A stretch of DNA of 64,000 nucleotides from Desulfomicrobium sp. (GCA_040768745.1 JAXGMI010000003.1:96001-160000), one strand, 5' to 3'. Numbered from the stretch's first letter, positions 38,718 to 50,022 are shown. Program-made: numbers and translations. Notes: generated from the letters alone by a model not told the origin.

Positions 38718-39680
38718 CTATTCATAAATCCTGTCTGCAGCCTTTCTCACCTCTCCGGGTACTACGACCCCCATTTTTCCCGCCGCCTTCAGGTTCAGGT
38801 GCAGAACCAGCTCCCGCTGAGTCTCCACAGGGGTCACGGCCGGATCAACCCCATCCACCAGGAGTCGCTTGGCCATCAGACCGGTCTGGTAGCCGTGCTG
38901 ATAGTAATCAAAGGCCAGGGCGGCCACTGTGCCGCGCTGCACAGAGTCAACGTCGGCCGAAAAGAGAGGCATCTTCTCCTGTTCGCAGACCTTGACCACG
39001 GATTCCAGGGCCGAGATCACCGTGTTGTCCGTGGGCAGATAGATGACATCGACCTTGCCGATCAGGGATTTGGCCGCTTGATAGACGTCGCTGGTCTTGG
39101 CCACGGACACAGCCACAACCTCGAAGCCGATTCTGTTTCCTTGGGCCTGGACCATGGCCACGGTGGTCTTCGAGTTGGCCTCACCGGCATTGTAGATCAT
39201 GCCCAGTTTTTTCATCTGCGGATAGAATTGCAGGACCAGGGCCATGTGCTTGTCCACGGGCAACATGTCTGAAACGCCGGTGATATTGGCACCAGGCCTG
39301 TCCAGACTGCGCACCAGGCCGGCCCCGACAGGATCGGTGATGGCCGTGAAAAGCAGCGGCGTCCTGGCAAGCCCCGGGGATTTCTTGCTGGCCAGGGCGC
39401 AAGCCTGGGCCGACGGCGTGGCGATAGCCAGGACCATGTCAGGGCTTTCTCCGGCGATCTGGGCCGCGATCTGGTTGGCCGTGGCCATGTTGGCCTGGGC
39501 GTTATGCACTGCAAAGGCCGCTTCCACGCCCTGGGCCTTCAGGCTGTCCTGGAAACCTTTCAGTACTGCATCCAGGGACGGATGCTCCACGAACTGATTC
39601 ACGGAAATGGAGAAGGTCCTGGCCAATCCGGGGCAGGCCGAGACCAGGCAGAGCAACACAGCGATAAAAATCTTTTTCAT
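38718..39680 (-). CDS. ABC transporter substrate-binding protein (TrpX-like aromatic-ligand family)
   Basis: Signal peptide; QFVEHPSLD, IATPSAQA, FTAITDPVGAGLV, NITGVSD, YNAGEANS, PTDNTV. Confidence 0.88.
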   Translation of the reverse strand: MKKIFIAVLLCLVSACPGLARTFSISVNQFVEHPSLDAVLKGFQDSLKAQGVEAAFAVHNAQANMATANQIAAQIAGESPDMVLAIATPSAQACALASKKSPGLARTPLLFTAITDPVGAGLVRSLDRPGANITGVSDMLPVDKHMALVLQFYPQMKKLGMIYNAGEANSKTTVAMVQAQGNRIGFEVVAVSVAKTSDVYQAAKSLIGKVDVIYLPTDNTVISALESVVKVCEQEKMPLFSADVDSVQRGTVAALAFDYYQHGYQTGLMAKRLLVDGVDPAVTPVETQRELVLHLNLKAAGKMGVVVPGEVRKAADRIYE

Positions 39681-39705
39681 ACGGGTCCTTCCTGAAACGC
39701 CGCAT

Positions 39706-41370
39706 CTAGTCGATACGAAACATTTGCCCCAGTCCCTTCAGCTGTTCAGACACATCGCGCAACATTTCTGCATGCTGGCGGACTGTTTCCCCGTTCCGGC
39801 GCATTTCCGTGGCAGAAGAACTGACATCGACAATTTGTGCCGAAATTTCCGTGGCCACCCCCGTGGTCTGGGCCACGTTCTGGTTGACCTCGTCCAGGCC
39901 CTGGGAAGCCTGTCCAATGTTTTCGGCAATGTCGCGGGTCGTCACAGACTGCTCTTCCACGGCCGCGGCAATACTCGTCACAATGGAATCAATGTTGGCA
40001 ATGACTCTGGTAATCTCATCAATGCGTTTCACGGTCTGGTCCGTGGCCCCCTGGATACCGCTGATCTTGCGACGGATTTCATCGGTGGCCTGCGCTGTCT
40101 GGTTGGCCAGTTCCTTGATCTCGTTCGCCACAACGGCAAACCCTCTCCCCGCATCCCCGGCCCGGGCGGCCTCAATGGTGGCGTTGAGAGCCAGCAGGTT
40201 CGTCTGGGAGGAGATCGCCGTGATGGTCTGCGTCACGGAATGAATCTCATGGGCCACGGAGCCCAGATGGTCGACATCCGTCGAAGTGGCCTGGGCCATA
40301 TTGACAGCCACGGAGGTAATCTCCTTGGCCCGGCTTGTGTTCTTGGAAATCTCGGAAATGGTCGCGCTCATCTCCTCCGACGCGGCTGCCACGGTGGATA
40401 TATTGACCGTGGCCTGTTCAGTGGCCGCAGCCACGGAACGCATATTCTGGCTCATCTCCTCAGTTGCCGCCGCTACTGCGTCGGACCTGCCCTGATTGTC
40501 TTTGGCCACCTCGGCCATGGTTTCAGACACTGTGGTCAGCTGTCCCGATGCCTCGGACAGGGTGTCCATGCCCGAAACAATGTCCCGCATCATGGAGCGC
40601 ATGTTTTCGGTCATGGCGTTCACGCTGACCGCCAGCTGGCCCAGTTCATCGCGGCTTTTTTCTTCGATCCGGGTGGTCAGATCGCCCTTGCTGATCTCAG
40701 CTGTGGCGGCAGCCACGGTTCTGATGGGCGCGATGACGGATTTGCGCATGAACATGGACAGGGTGACCAGCAGGACAATCATGCCCAGGGCCATGATCGC
40801 TCCGCTTTCGGCCTGGCTCCGCAGGAGATCTTCCATCTGGCGGGAAATGTTCTGGGTCATGACCATGGCCCCGAGCACTGGCTGACTCGAACCGTGGCAG
40901 TGCTGGCAGGCAGGTTCATTGGGCACGGACTTCACCTGGATGGAATATGGAATTCCGCCCAGTTTTGTAATGACATCGCTTTCCCCACCTTTCCTCAGAC
41001 GTTCATCGAGCATTGTGGACAATTCTGGATTCCTGACGGAGTCGGCCAAGGACTGACGCAGCAGCGCCTCTTCGGTGGAATAGGTCACGTTGCCTTTGAA
41101 ATTGGTCAGATAGATCTCAATGTCTGCGTAATGCTGCCCCATCTCGGCAAATTTCCGGCTTGTGCCCTCATTGTCGCCCAGGGCCATGGGCTCACGGATG
41201 GCCATACCCAGCAATTGCGAGATGCGCGCTGCGTTGATCTGCACTTCATGCAGGGTGTTCTCCCGCTCCAGGTAGAAGCTCGTCCCGAAGAGAATGCCGA
41301 ACACGACCAACAGGACTAACGCGGTGATGCCCAGGATCTTGGCGCCCAGGGATTTGCGAAAGATCTCCAT
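39706..41370 (-). CDS. Methyl-accepting chemotaxis protein with a periplasmic CXXCH motif
   Basis: TM1, periplasmic domain with ACQHCH, TM2, HAMP (DELGQL), signalling hairpin [27 protein letters not shown]. Confidence 0.93.
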   Translation of the reverse strand: MEIFRKSLGAKILGITALVLLVVFGILFGTSFYLERENTLHEVQINAARISQLLGMAIREPMALGDNEGTSRKFAEMGQHYADIEIYLTNFKGNVTYSTEEALLRQSLADSVRNPELSTMLDERLRKGGESDVITKLGGIPYSIQVKSVPNEPACQHCHGSSQPVLGAMVMTQNISRQMEDLLRSQAESGAIMALGMIVLLVTLSMFMRKSVIAPIRTVAAATAEISKGDLTTRIEEKSRDELGQLAVSVNAMTENMRSMMRDIVSGMDTLSEASGQLTTVSETMAEVAKDNQGRSDAVAAATEEMSQNMRSVAAATEQATVNISTVAAASEEMSATISEISKNTSRAKEITSVAVNMAQATSTDVDHLGSVAHEIHSVTQTITAISSQTNLLALNATIEAARAGDAGRGFAVVANEIKELANQTAQATDEIRRKISGIQGATDQTVKRIDEITRVIANIDSIVTSIAAAVEEQSVTTRDIAENIGQASQGLDEVNQNVAQTTGVATEISAQIVDVSSSATEMRRNGETVRQHAEMLRDVSEQLKGLGQMFRID

Positions 41371-41379
41371 CCCATCCTC

Positions 41380-41847
41380 CTAATGTGCTCCGCCATAGAG
41401 CAGCGGCTTGAAGTCAAAAGATTTGACTCTGGACTCGTTGTGACACGCTTCGCAATCATCCATGCTCAACGTCCCCTTGATGAGCGACGTATCACCGCCA
41501 CTTTTAACATGTTCTGAACCTGGGCCGTGGCAGACTTCGCACCCAGCGTCAGCCAGATGAGGGGTTTTCTCATAGCTGACGAATCCACCAGGCTTTCCGT
41601 ACCCTGTAGTATGACACCCGTAGCATCCGGCAAGTTCGGCTTCAGTCAAATCAGAGGCCATGATTTTCACGGACTTGGCGGAATGTGCCTTTTTCGCGAA
41701 TTTCGTGAAATTCTCGTACTGTTTTTCATGACAGTTCTTGCATTCCGCTGTCCCTACATAGGTATTTTCAGCTGGAGCGATGCAAGGCCATGTAGTCAAT
41801 GCCGCAACAACGAAACAAAGGAACATGTTCTTGAGTCGAACTTTCAT
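41380..41847 (-). CDS. Periplasmic tetraheme cytochrome c (c554-like)
   Basis: Signal peptide, YVGTAECKNCH, CYGCH, CEVCHGPG, CEACH; start 41847 or 41826. Confidence 0.9.
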   Translation of the reverse strand: MKVRLKNMFLCFVVAALTTWPCIAPAENTYVGTAECKNCHEKQYENFTKFAKKAHSAKSVKIMASDLTEAELAGCYGCHTTGYGKPGGFVSYEKTPHLADAGCEVCHGPGSEHVKSGGDTSLIKGTLSMDDCEACHNESRVKSFDFKPLLYGGAH

Positions 41848-42010
41848 ACCCACCTCATCGTCCAAGAATGAAAAGAGATAGTCATTCACGCCGCTTTACA
41901 ACAATTAGGCACATGCTTGGCGTGCAGCATTGCTCCATTCAATGCACACAGTCAATACGGCCTGCACTTTCCCCACCGAAGAGCCAAAAAGAAACGGCCC
42001 TGAGAGGCCG

Positions 42011-43405
42011 TTAATTTGTCTGCAGCCATGCTGCAATCGATGCCATTTGCGCCTGCACTGAATCAGGCCCGGTTCCACCGGGTATATGTCTGCGGGCCAC
42101 TGCATTGGCATAGTCCAGCACGCCGTATACATCCTCGCCTATGTCCGGTGAAAACCGATGCAGCTCCTCCAGGCTCAGATCTTCCAGACCCACTCCGCGT
42201 CCCTCGGCATACGCCACTGCCTCTCCGGTGATGTGGTGGGCTTGGCGGAACGGAATCCCCTTGGCTGCCAGGTAGTCGGCCAGTTCCGTGGCGTTGAGAA
42301 ATCCGCTTTTCAAGGCCTCCCGCATGCGATCCTGATTGAAGTGCAGCTCCTCCATCATTCCGGCCATGATATCCAGGGATGGCAGAACCGTGTCGTGGGC
42401 ATCCAGAAAGGGCTCTTTGTCCTCCTGCAGATCCCGGTTGTAGGTCAGGGGCAGGCCTTTCATCAGCGTGAGCAGGGACGTGAGGTCCCCATAGACCCTT
42501 CCGGTCTTTCCGCGCATGAGTTCCGCCACGTCCGGGTTCTTCTTCTGGGGCATGATGGAGGAACCCGTGGAGTAGGCGTCGGGAAGACGCACAAAACCGA
42601 AACGCGGGTTAGCCCAGATAATGATCTCTTCGCACAACCGAGAAAGGTGCATCATGATGATGCTGGCGCAGAAAACGGCTTCCAGCACGAAATCGCGGTC
42701 CGAGACGGCATCCATGCTGTTGGCAAAGACATCATCCAGGCCAAGGGTTGCTTTGACCTGTTCAGGGTCCAGCGGGTGGGTGGTGCCCGCCAGGGCTGCC
42801 GCGCCCAGGGGTGACACGCGCACACGCTTGCATGCATCGCGCACCCGCGCGTGATCCCTGCGGAACATCTGCGCGTATGCCAGAATGTGCTGGGCCAGGC
42901 TGACCGGCTGGGCCGGCTGAAAGTGGGTGCAGCCTGGAAGCAGAGTATCCTGATGGGCTTCGGCCCGCCCCAGAAGAACCTGGATCAATCCGCACAGGCT
43001 GGAGGCCCACTGGTCCAGACAGGAAGCCACAAACAGGCGAAAATCCAGGGCGACCTGATCGTTGCGGGAGCGGCCGGTGTGCAGCTTCTGGCCCGGCGCG
43101 CCGACAATCTCGGTCAGCCGGTTCTCGATGTTCATGTGCACGTCTTCGAGGTCCTCGCGCCACAGAAACGTCCCGGCTTCGATTTCAGCCTGGATCAAGG
43201 TCAACCCACGGTCTATGGCCGCCAGGTCCTCAGCGCTGATGATGCCCTGTCTCGCCAGCATGGCGGCGTGGGCCTTGGACCCGGCGATGTCCTGGGCGTA
43301 AATCCGCGAATCCACGTCCACGGAGCAGGTGTAGCGCTCGACCAGGGGGGCGGTGCCCCCGGTGAACCGACCGCCCCACATTTTCTTCCCTTTTGCGGTA
43401 GCCAC
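42011..43405 (-). CDS. argH: Argininosuccinate lyase
   Basis: [31 protein letters not shown]. Confidence 0.98.
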   Translation of the reverse strand: MATAKGKKMWGGRFTGGTAPLVERYTCSVDVDSRIYAQDIAGSKAHAAMLARQGIISAEDLAAIDRGLTLIQAEIEAGTFLWREDLEDVHMNIENRLTEIVGAPGQKLHTGRSRNDQVALDFRLFVASCLDQWASSLCGLIQVLLGRAEAHQDTLLPGCTHFQPAQPVSLAQHILAYAQMFRRDHARVRDACKRVRVSPLGAAALAGTTHPLDPEQVKATLGLDDVFANSMDAVSDRDFVLEAVFCASIIMMHLSRLCEEIIIWANPRFGFVRLPDAYSTGSSIMPQKKNPDVAELMRGKTGRVYGDLTSLLTLMKGLPLTYNRDLQEDKEPFLDAHDTVLPSLDIMAGMMEELHFNQDRMREALKSGFLNATELADYLAAKGIPFRQAHHITGEAVAYAEGRGVGLEDLSLEELHRFSPDIGEDVYGVLDYANAVARRHIPGGTGPDSVQAQMASIAAWLQTN

Positions 43406-43408
43406 GGT

Positions 43409-44620
43409 CTATCCCTTGATTTTGTCCAGAAAGGGTTGACGTGCCTGCAAACGCAGCCCGTGCAGCCTGATGAATCCGGCCGCATCGGCCTGGTTGTAGA
43501 CCTCGTCCTTTTCGAAGGTGGCCAACTGTGGGTTGTACAAGGAATAGGCGGACTTGCGACCCAGCGGATAAACGCCGCCCTTGTACAGCTTGAGGCGCAC
43601 AGTGCCGGTCACTGTCTCCTGGGCTTTGTCCATGAGAGCCTGCAGGGCCTCGCGTTCCGGGGCGAACCAGTAGCCGTTGTAGACCATCTCGGAGTAGCGA
43701 GGGATAAGCGTGTCGCGGAGATGCAGGAGTTCGCGGTCCATGCAGATGCCCTCCAGGTCCCGATGGGCCCGCTGCAGAACGGCCCCACCCGGGGTTTCGT
43801 ACACGCCTCGCGACTTCATGCCCACGAAGCGGTTTTCCACCATGTCCAATCGGCCTATGCCGTGCCTGCCGCCCACCTCATTCAGGGCAGCGAGCATCTT
43901 CGCCGGGGAAAAAACCTGACCGTTCAAAGCCACGGGGTTGCCCTTCTCAAAATCCAGGGTGACAATCTCCGCTTTGTCAGGTGCCTGCTCAGGAGCGACA
44001 CTCATCAGATATGTCCCTGGCCCGGGCTCGGACCACGGATCTTCCAACTCTCCCCCTTCGAAACTCAGGTGGAGGAGGTTCCGGTCGCAGGAATAGGGCT
44101 TCTCCTTGGTCACCGGCACGGAAATGCCGTTTTCCTCGCAAAAACTGATCAGCTGGGTGCGGGAATTAAGGTCCCACTCCCGCCAGGGGGCAATTGTTCT
44201 CAGATGTGGAGCAAGGGCCAAGGTGGAGAGTTCGAACCGGACCTGATCGTTGCCCTTGCCCGTGGCGCCGTGGGCCACGGCCTGGGCCCCCTCGGCCACG
44301 GCGATCTCCACCATCTTCTTGGCGATGAGCGGGCGGGCAATCGACGTCCCGAGCAGATATCCGCCTTCATAGACCGCATTGGCCCGAAACATGGGGAACA
44401 CATAGTCCGCAACAAACTCCTCCTGCAGATCGACCACAAAGGCCTTGCTAGCGCCGGTCCGCAGGGCTTTTTCTTCCAGCCCGTCCAATTCCTCGCCCTG
44501 GCCGAGGTCGGCGGTCATGGTGATGACTTCGCATCCGTAGGTCTTCTTGATCCACTTCAGGATGGCCGAGGTGTCGAGACCTCCGGAATAGGCCAAAACA
44601 ACTTTTTCAATTCTGCTCAT
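43409..44620 (-). CDS. argG: Argininosuccinate synthase
   Basis: [34 protein letters not shown]. Confidence 0.98.
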   Translation of the reverse strand: MSRIEKVVLAYSGGLDTSAILKWIKKTYGCEVITMTADLGQGEELDGLEEKALRTGASKAFVVDLQEEFVADYVFPMFRANAVYEGGYLLGTSIARPLIAKKMVEIAVAEGAQAVAHGATGKGNDQVRFELSTLALAPHLRTIAPWREWDLNSRTQLISFCEENGISVPVTKEKPYSCDRNLLHLSFEGGELEDPWSEPGPGTYLMSVAPEQAPDKAEIVTLDFEKGNPVALNGQVFSPAKMLAALNEVGGRHGIGRLDMVENRFVGMKSRGVYETPGGAVLQRAHRDLEGICMDRELLHLRDTLIPRYSEMVYNGYWFAPEREALQALMDKAQETVTGTVRLKLYKGGVYPLGRKSAYSLYNPQLATFEKDEVYNQADAAGFIRLHGLRLQARQPFLDKIKG

Positions 44621-44654
44621 AATCCGACTCCGTTATGAAGAGCGGCCAGGCCGC

Positions 44655-45551
44655 CTAACTGTAAATCCATTCCAATATGGCCTTCTGCATATGCAGTCTG
44701 TTCTCGGCCTGATCGAACACAACCGACCTGGGACCCTCGAAAACCCCTTCCGTGATTTCCTCCCCCCGGTGGGCGGGCAGGCAGTGCAGAACCTTTACCG
44801 ACGGATCGGCGAGGGCCAGGAGGTCATCGTCAATGCAATAGCCGGCAAAGGCTTTTTCGCGCTTTTTCTGCTCCGCCTCTTGGCCCATGGAGGCCCAGAC
44901 ATCGGTGTTCACGAAATGCGCTCCCTGCACCGCGACCCTGGGGTCGTCCTGCACAAAGACCCTGGCGCCCATTTTCAACGCCCGCTCCAGGACTGCCGGA
45001 TTCGGCATGTAGCCATCGGGACAGGCCAGATTGAGCTGGAAGCCGAAGTGAACACAGGCGTTGATCCAGGAGTGGGCCATGTTGTTGCCATCGCCAACCC
45101 AGGCGATGACCAAATCCTCGAAATGAGCGGTACGCTCGTAAATGGTCAGCATGTCGCTCATGACCTGGCATGGGTGATACAAATCCGTCAAAGCATTGAC
45201 CACCGGGATGGAGCCGAAGCGGGCCAGGTCCTCCACATTCCTCTGGGCGAAGGTCCGCACGACCATCCCCTGGACATAGCGGGACAACACCCTGGCCGTA
45301 TCCTTGAGCGGTTCACTCCGTCCCAACTGCGAGTCGGCCGGGGTCAGGAAGATCGTGCTCCCCCCCAGATGGCGGATGCCGACTTCAAAAGAGACGCGGG
45401 TCCTGGTCGAAGCCTTCTCGAAAATCATGGCCAGAACCTTGCCTGCCAGCAGATCGGAGCGGAAATCCTGGACTTTCATCTCCTTGGCCCGCATGACCAG
45501 ATCAATGGCCTCGGTGGGCTTAAGATCCAAAATGGACAAAAAATGTTTCAT
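44655..45551 (-). CDS. argF: Ornithine carbamoyltransferase
   Basis: STRTRVSFE, HPCQ, DVWASMG, HCLP, DQAENR. Confidence 0.97.
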   Translation of the reverse strand: MKHFLSILDLKPTEAIDLVMRAKEMKVQDFRSDLLAGKVLAMIFEKASTRTRVSFEVGIRHLGGSTIFLTPADSQLGRSEPLKDTARVLSRYVQGMVVRTFAQRNVEDLARFGSIPVVNALTDLYHPCQVMSDMLTIYERTAHFEDLVIAWVGDGNNMAHSWINACVHFGFQLNLACPDGYMPNPAVLERALKMGARVFVQDDPRVAVQGAHFVNTDVWASMGQEAEQKKREKAFAGYCIDDDLLALADPSVKVLHCLPAHRGEEITEGVFEGPRSVVFDQAENRLHMQKAILEWIYS

Positions 45552-45712
45552 GGCTGTTCCTTGGATGCCCGAAAATATGGTCTGTGTCTGTGATCGAGTA
45601 CGGTAAAAAGTCCATTCCTACAGACCTTGCCCACCCTTTGTAAAGCATGCCGCGGCCCAGGGACGGGGACGAGGCCCGGATCCACGGTCCCATGATGGGT
45701 CCCTGGCCGTGC

Positions 45713-46336
45713 CTATCTGGCGAAATGACGCACAAATCCCTCGGCCAGGCTTTCGGACAGGGCGCGAATGACCGCGTATGTCGGCTGTTCCGGCAAACGC
45801 CGAGTGGTCCGGACCACGACATAGTCCTTGTCCAGCCCGGCCTCCATGACTGCAGCCTGAGCTGCCGACCAGATTACCGTGGCAGAAGGCACCCAGTGGA
45901 TTTCGATGGTCAGGGCGATGGATGTGCGCCCCGTGCCGCTGCCCTCGAAAAACTGCGTCACGTTGCCGGTGACCAAAAAATTGGCGCCCTTGGCCCGGGC
46001 CAAGGCCAGGGCCTCAGTCAAGCCCGGCCATGGCAGGCTGCTCTCGAATTCCATGACCTCGAAAACGCGTTTTTCAAGCCATGTCTGACGAAAAACATCC
46101 CCAAGCTCGCGCCCGACCTCTCGGCGAACACCCACATCCTGGCGCACGGCAAAAGGCAGGATCAATGCCTTTAAGCCCGTGTCGGGCATGGCCTCGGGTG
46201 TCACAGCCTCCACCAATTCACTCAGCATCGGACTGGCATCGTCATGGTATTTCACGCCGCGCAGGGTCAAATCATAGCGGTCCGTAGCGCACCCGCAGGC
46301 AAGCGCAATGCAGAACAAGAGCAGTCGAAATTTCAT
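45713..46336 (-). CDS. Hypothetical lipoprotein
   Basis: MKFRLLLFCIALACGC lipobox-type signal with GGAG RBS; fills the gap between argF and ycaO. Confidence 0.7.
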   Translation of the reverse strand: MKFRLLLFCIALACGCATDRYDLTLRGVKYHDDASPMLSELVEAVTPEAMPDTGLKALILPFAVRQDVGVRREVGRELGDVFRQTWLEKRVFEVMEFESSLPWPGLTEALALARAKGANFLVTGNVTQFFEGSGTGRTSIALTIEIHWVPSATVIWSAAQAAVMEAGLDKDYVVVRTTRRLPEQPTYAVIRALSESLAEGFVRHFAR

Positions 46337-46380
46337 GGCTCCATCTCCTTGGCAGAGAAAATCAAGCAAGATAGATACCA

Positions 46381-48093
46381 ATGAGCGTTTGCACCATGAA
46401 CTTGCCAGGAGAAGCCGTGACCTCATCCCCTTTCGACTATACCCTCGCCCATCAGGACAGCATGCTGGGCGTGGCCTATTTCTCCCCGCAGCCGGCGGAA
46501 CCCCTGGCCCTGGAACAATGCCTGGACCATGTCCGGCGTCTTTCCAATGACGAATTCATGCGCGCCCATGTCCGTCAGCTCCTGGCCCGGCTCGATCCTG
46601 ACGCGCTGCGCAGCCTCTTTGTCCAGGGCGATGCGGCCACCCGCAGCCTGGTCCTGGAAACCGCCCTCCTGACCCCGGCCCTGGATTCGTTCTGGACGGA
46701 AATCCAGTCCCACCTGGGGTCATTGATCCACTCCACCCCGCAGGTGTTCCTGGCCAGCGTGGCCAGCCCGGAACACCTGCGCCATGCCCAGGCAAGTCGC
46801 CTGCTGGCCCGGAATATTTTTGGTCATGAACCCCTGCCAGACGGGTTGCCCGATCTGCCCATTCCGATGGCTGCCCTGAGGACGACGGATCCGGGCCGGA
46901 TCCGTTCAGGCCTCGCCGCACCGCAGCCCTGTTCCCGTCGACCGACAACACAGACCTACGCCCTGGCCATGGACCGGCTCTACGGGCTCGGCATTCTGGA
47001 CGGTCCGGAAATGCGTCACCACGCGTCCCTCGCCCCCTGGGGTCTCCTGCGCCGATGGCGTTTGGACCGCACCGTGCGCTGCGGGTCCTTCGACTACCGC
47101 CTGCAGGGCACCATGACCAGTTATGGTCGCGGCATGTGTCTGGAAAACGCCCGCGCATCCCTGGCCATGGAAATCGTGGAGCGCTACAGCTCCTTCGCGG
47201 ACATCCGCAACATGCGCATTTCCAACGCCCAGGAAGGTGGGGAAATCCGCCTTGCCCGCTGGAGCCAACTTGGGGATGAGGCTCTGAATCCGAACAGCTT
47301 GCGCCTGGAAGTACCCTATGCCGACCAGCCCCTGCACTGGTTGGAGGCCCTTGACAAAACTGGTCAGCATCGCCTTGTTCCAGTGCAGAGTGTCTATCTT
47401 TTCGCCAATCTGGATGAAGTGCGTCTCTACAGTGGACTGGGTTCCACGGGACTTGCTTCCGGGAACACACCCGAAGAGGCCAAAGTCAGCGGACTCCTGG
47501 AGGTAATCGAGCGGGACAGCGAAGCCGTGGTCAGCTTTGACCCCGGTCGCTGCTTCCTGCTCGAGAGCCGGGATGAGAAAATCAACGGACTGCTGGATCG
47601 CTACAGAAAACAGGGCATCCACCCCGTCTTTCACGATCTGACGACGGAGTTGGGTGTGCCCTGCTACAAATGCTTCGTCCATCTGGCCGAAGGTGGCTTG
47701 GTCAAGGCAACGGGAGCGGACCTGTCAGGTCCCAGGGCCGCCCTTTCGGCCCTGACCGAGACGCCATTCCCCTTTCCCGACGGTCCTGCCTCAGCCCCGG
47801 CCCCCCGTGACCTGCCGGTGCGTGTGCTGGAGGATCTGCCCGACTTCTGCACAGGTTCAGCGGCTGGAAATCTGGCCCTGCTTGAAGCCATCCTGGACGA
47901 TCAGGGACATGTCCCCCTGTACGCCAATGTGACCAAACGGGAACTGCGCCTGCCTGTCTATCGGACTGTTGTGCCAGGCCTTGAAATCGTGTCGGATTTT
48001 GACCGCTTTACCAGAGTCAGCCCCAGGCTTTGGTACAACGTGCTCAGACAGAAGGAAAAAGACGGGCAGCCGCCTCGTCAGGATCAAGGGTGA
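46381..48093 (+). CDS. YcaO-family protein with an N-terminal extension
   Basis: YGRG...ASLAMEIVERYS, STGLASGNTPEEA..SGLLEVIERD, DLTTELGVP, AALSALTE. Confidence 0.85.
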   Translation: MSVCTMNLPGEAVTSSPFDYTLAHQDSMLGVAYFSPQPAEPLALEQCLDHVRRLSNDEFMRAHVRQLLARLDPDALRSLFVQGDAATRSLVLETALLTPALDSFWTEIQSHLGSLIHSTPQVFLASVASPEHLRHAQASRLLARNIFGHEPLPDGLPDLPIPMAALRTTDPGRIRSGLAAPQPCSRRPTTQTYALAMDRLYGLGILDGPEMRHHASLAPWGLLRRWRLDRTVRCGSFDYRLQGTMTSYGRGMCLENARASLAMEIVERYSSFADIRNMRISNAQEGGEIRLARWSQLGDEALNPNSLRLEVPYADQPLHWLEALDKTGQHRLVPVQSVYLFANLDEVRLYSGLGSTGLASGNTPEEAKVSGLLEVIERDSEAVVSFDPGRCFLLESRDEKINGLLDRYRKQGIHPVFHDLTTELGVPCYKCFVHLAEGGLVKATGADLSGPRAALSALTETPFPFPDGPASAPAPRDLPVRVLEDLPDFCTGSAAGNLALLEAILDDQGHVPLYANVTKRELRLPVYRTVVPGLEIVSDFDRFTRVSPRLWYNVLRQKEKDGQPPRQDQG

Positions 48094-48487
48094 CGGAAGC
48101 CACTGCCAGATCAGTCAGGGCCTCCATCTCCGGTCCGTGATCATGGCCCATGAGGTGGAGCAGGCCGTGAGCCAGAAGGCGCACGGTGTATTCGAAGGGA
48201 TCCTGGTTGTAGAGGAAAGACTCCCGGACCAGAGTTTCTGCCGACAGGACCATGTCCCCCAACCAGCCAGCCTCCTGAGCGGGAAAACTCAATACATTGG
48301 TCGGGCCCAGGCAGTCCATGAAGGAGGCATTGAGGGCAGATATCTCCCGGTCATCGGCGATGCGCAGACACAAGGCCCATTCCTCCAGGCCAAACACCTC
48401 GGCCAGGGAGCTGAAAATTCCCCCCAATTCCGGGGCGGACAATGGAAAGCGGGGATCCGTCGCCACGCTCCGCACCAGATGAAGCAT
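48044..48487 (-). CDS. ybeY: rRNA maturation endoribonuclease YbeY
   Basis: PTNVLSFP, LGDMVLS, HGLLHLMGHDH. Confidence 0.93.
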   Translation of the reverse strand: MLHLVRSVATDPRFPLSAPELGGIFSSLAEVFGLEEWALCLRIADDREISALNASFMDCLGPTNVLSFPAQEAGWLGDMVLSAETLVRESFLYNQDPFEYTVRLLAHGLLHLMGHDHGPEMEALTDLAVASVTLDPDEAAARLFPSV

Positions 48488-49467
48488 CAGCGTTTTTCCC
48501 CTCTGGCCTCCGCCGCTTGGCGGTGTCGGTCATAGGCCCTGACAATGCGGCCCACCAGGGGGTGCCGGATGACGTCCTCCTCTGTGAAATGAATCATGGA
48601 GACGCCCTGCACACCGTGCAGAACCTCCATGGCCTGGATCAGACCTGAACCCACATGTGCCGGCAAGTCGATCTGAGTGATGTCTCCGGTGACCACGGCC
48701 CGCGACCCATAGCCCAGACGGGTCAGGAACATCTTCATCTGTTCTGGGGATGTGTTCTGGGCCTCGTCCAGAATGACAAAGGCGTTGTTCAGCGTCCGGC
48801 CACGCATGAAGGCCAGTGGGGCTATCTCGATGGCCCCGGTGCCGATCATCTCCTGCACCCGATTGTAGTCGAGCATGTCGTGCAGGGCGTCATACAGGGG
48901 ACGCAGGTAGGGGTTGACCTTCTCGACCAGGTCGCCGGGCAGAAATCCCAGTTTCTCCCCTGCCTCCACCGCCGGTCGGGTCAGAATCAGGCGCTTGATC
49001 TTTTTCTGCAGAAAAAGGGACACGCCCACGGCCACGGCCAGGTAGGTCTTGCCTGTGCCGGCAGGACCGATGCCCAAGACAAGATCCACATCCCGCAGGG
49101 CATGCAGGTACTCGCGCTGCGTCACTGTCTTGGGACAGATGCTCTTCCTGGGCGAAACCGCAAACTGCGATTCCTGATAGTATTTTTTCAGTGGGGTGGA
49201 TGGGTCACGGAGCATGATCCGCAAACTCTGTTCGATGTCCCGGTCGAAAAGCTGATATCCTGTGCGGACAAGTTCATAGATCTGCGCAAAATACCGGGTC
49301 ACCAGGGCAACCATGACCTGGTCGTCCCCCAAAATGGCCAGTTCGTTCCCCCTGCTCTCGACCCGCAAGCCCGAAATCTGAGCCACGATCTCCAGGTGGG
49401 CGTTACCCGGACCGCACACCTCCCTTGCAAAATCCACATTCTCAAATCGTATTTCCTGGCGTTCCAT
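48487..49467 (-). CDS. phoH: PhoH-like ATPase (YbeZ type)
   Basis: GPAGTGKT, RPAVEAGEKLGFLPG, FMRGRTL, LDEAQN, GDITQIDLP; start 49467 preferred. Confidence 0.95.
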   Translation of the reverse strand: MERQEIRFENVDFAREVCGPGNAHLEIVAQISGLRVESRGNELAILGDDQVMVALVTRYFAQIYELVRTGYQLFDRDIEQSLRIMLRDPSTPLKKYYQESQFAVSPRKSICPKTVTQREYLHALRDVDLVLGIGPAGTGKTYLAVAVGVSLFLQKKIKRLILTRPAVEAGEKLGFLPGDLVEKVNPYLRPLYDALHDMLDYNRVQEMIGTGAIEIAPLAFMRGRTLNNAFVILDEAQNTSPEQMKMFLTRLGYGSRAVVTGDITQIDLPAHVGSGLIQAMEVLHGVQGVSMIHFTEEDVIRHPLVGRIVRAYDRHRQAAEARGEKR

Positions 49468-49617
49468 GTACCCCCTTGCCACAATACTGCTGTCGGTCAG
49501 TGAATTGAAAAAATGTCCTCGTCTCCCTGCCCATTTGCAAATCCCCCTGGAGTTCCGTATGGGACGAATTCCATTGTCTGACCCAACGGCAAGGGGACAC
49601 TGCAATTCCGGACGGAC

Positions 49618-50019
49618 ATGAGCAAAAACAAAAAAACGCAAACGAGCAATCTGCCGGCCGTCAGACCCGAAACGCGACTCGCGTTTCAAGAGGCCAAGGG
49701 CATGGTGGGGAAGGCCATCGTAACGGCTATCAAGACCAACCTGGCTTTTCTGGCCTGTTCAGGCCTCTACGCCTACCGTTCCGGACAGCGCTTCTGGGAG
49801 CAAAAAGGGAGCTTCTGGTGGGCCAGAGCCCGGGCCTTTTCCAAAACCGCCTATCTCGCCCTGCAGGAGGACGCCTTTGGTTCCGACATTCAGATCAAGA
49901 CCCTGGACCTCGACCGCGTTCTGGAGGAAGGAGAACCCATCCTGGCCATTCCCGCCACACCTGACGCTGTGGATGACCTGATCGTCAAGAAGAGCAGGGA
50001 CGGCCGCAAAAAACGGTAA
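49618..50019 (+). CDS. Hypothetical protein (133 aa)
   Basis: ATG with weak RBS, fills the gap between phoH and moaA, GC-rich third positions; no family recognised. Confidence 0.6.
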   Translation: MSKNKKTQTSNLPAVRPETRLAFQEAKGMVGKAIVTAIKTNLAFLACSGLYAYRSGQRFWEQKGSFWWARARAFSKTAYLALQEDAFGSDIQIKTLDLDRVLEEGEPILAIPATPDAVDDLIVKKSRDGRKKR

Positions 50020-50022
50020 CCC

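Noticed and set aside
48487..49689. 400-aa extended PhoH, and similar upstream extensions of asnS, galU, NFACT and the glycosyltransferases
   Set aside because: The extensions lack family similarity and overlap neighbouring genes; downstream ATGs fit better
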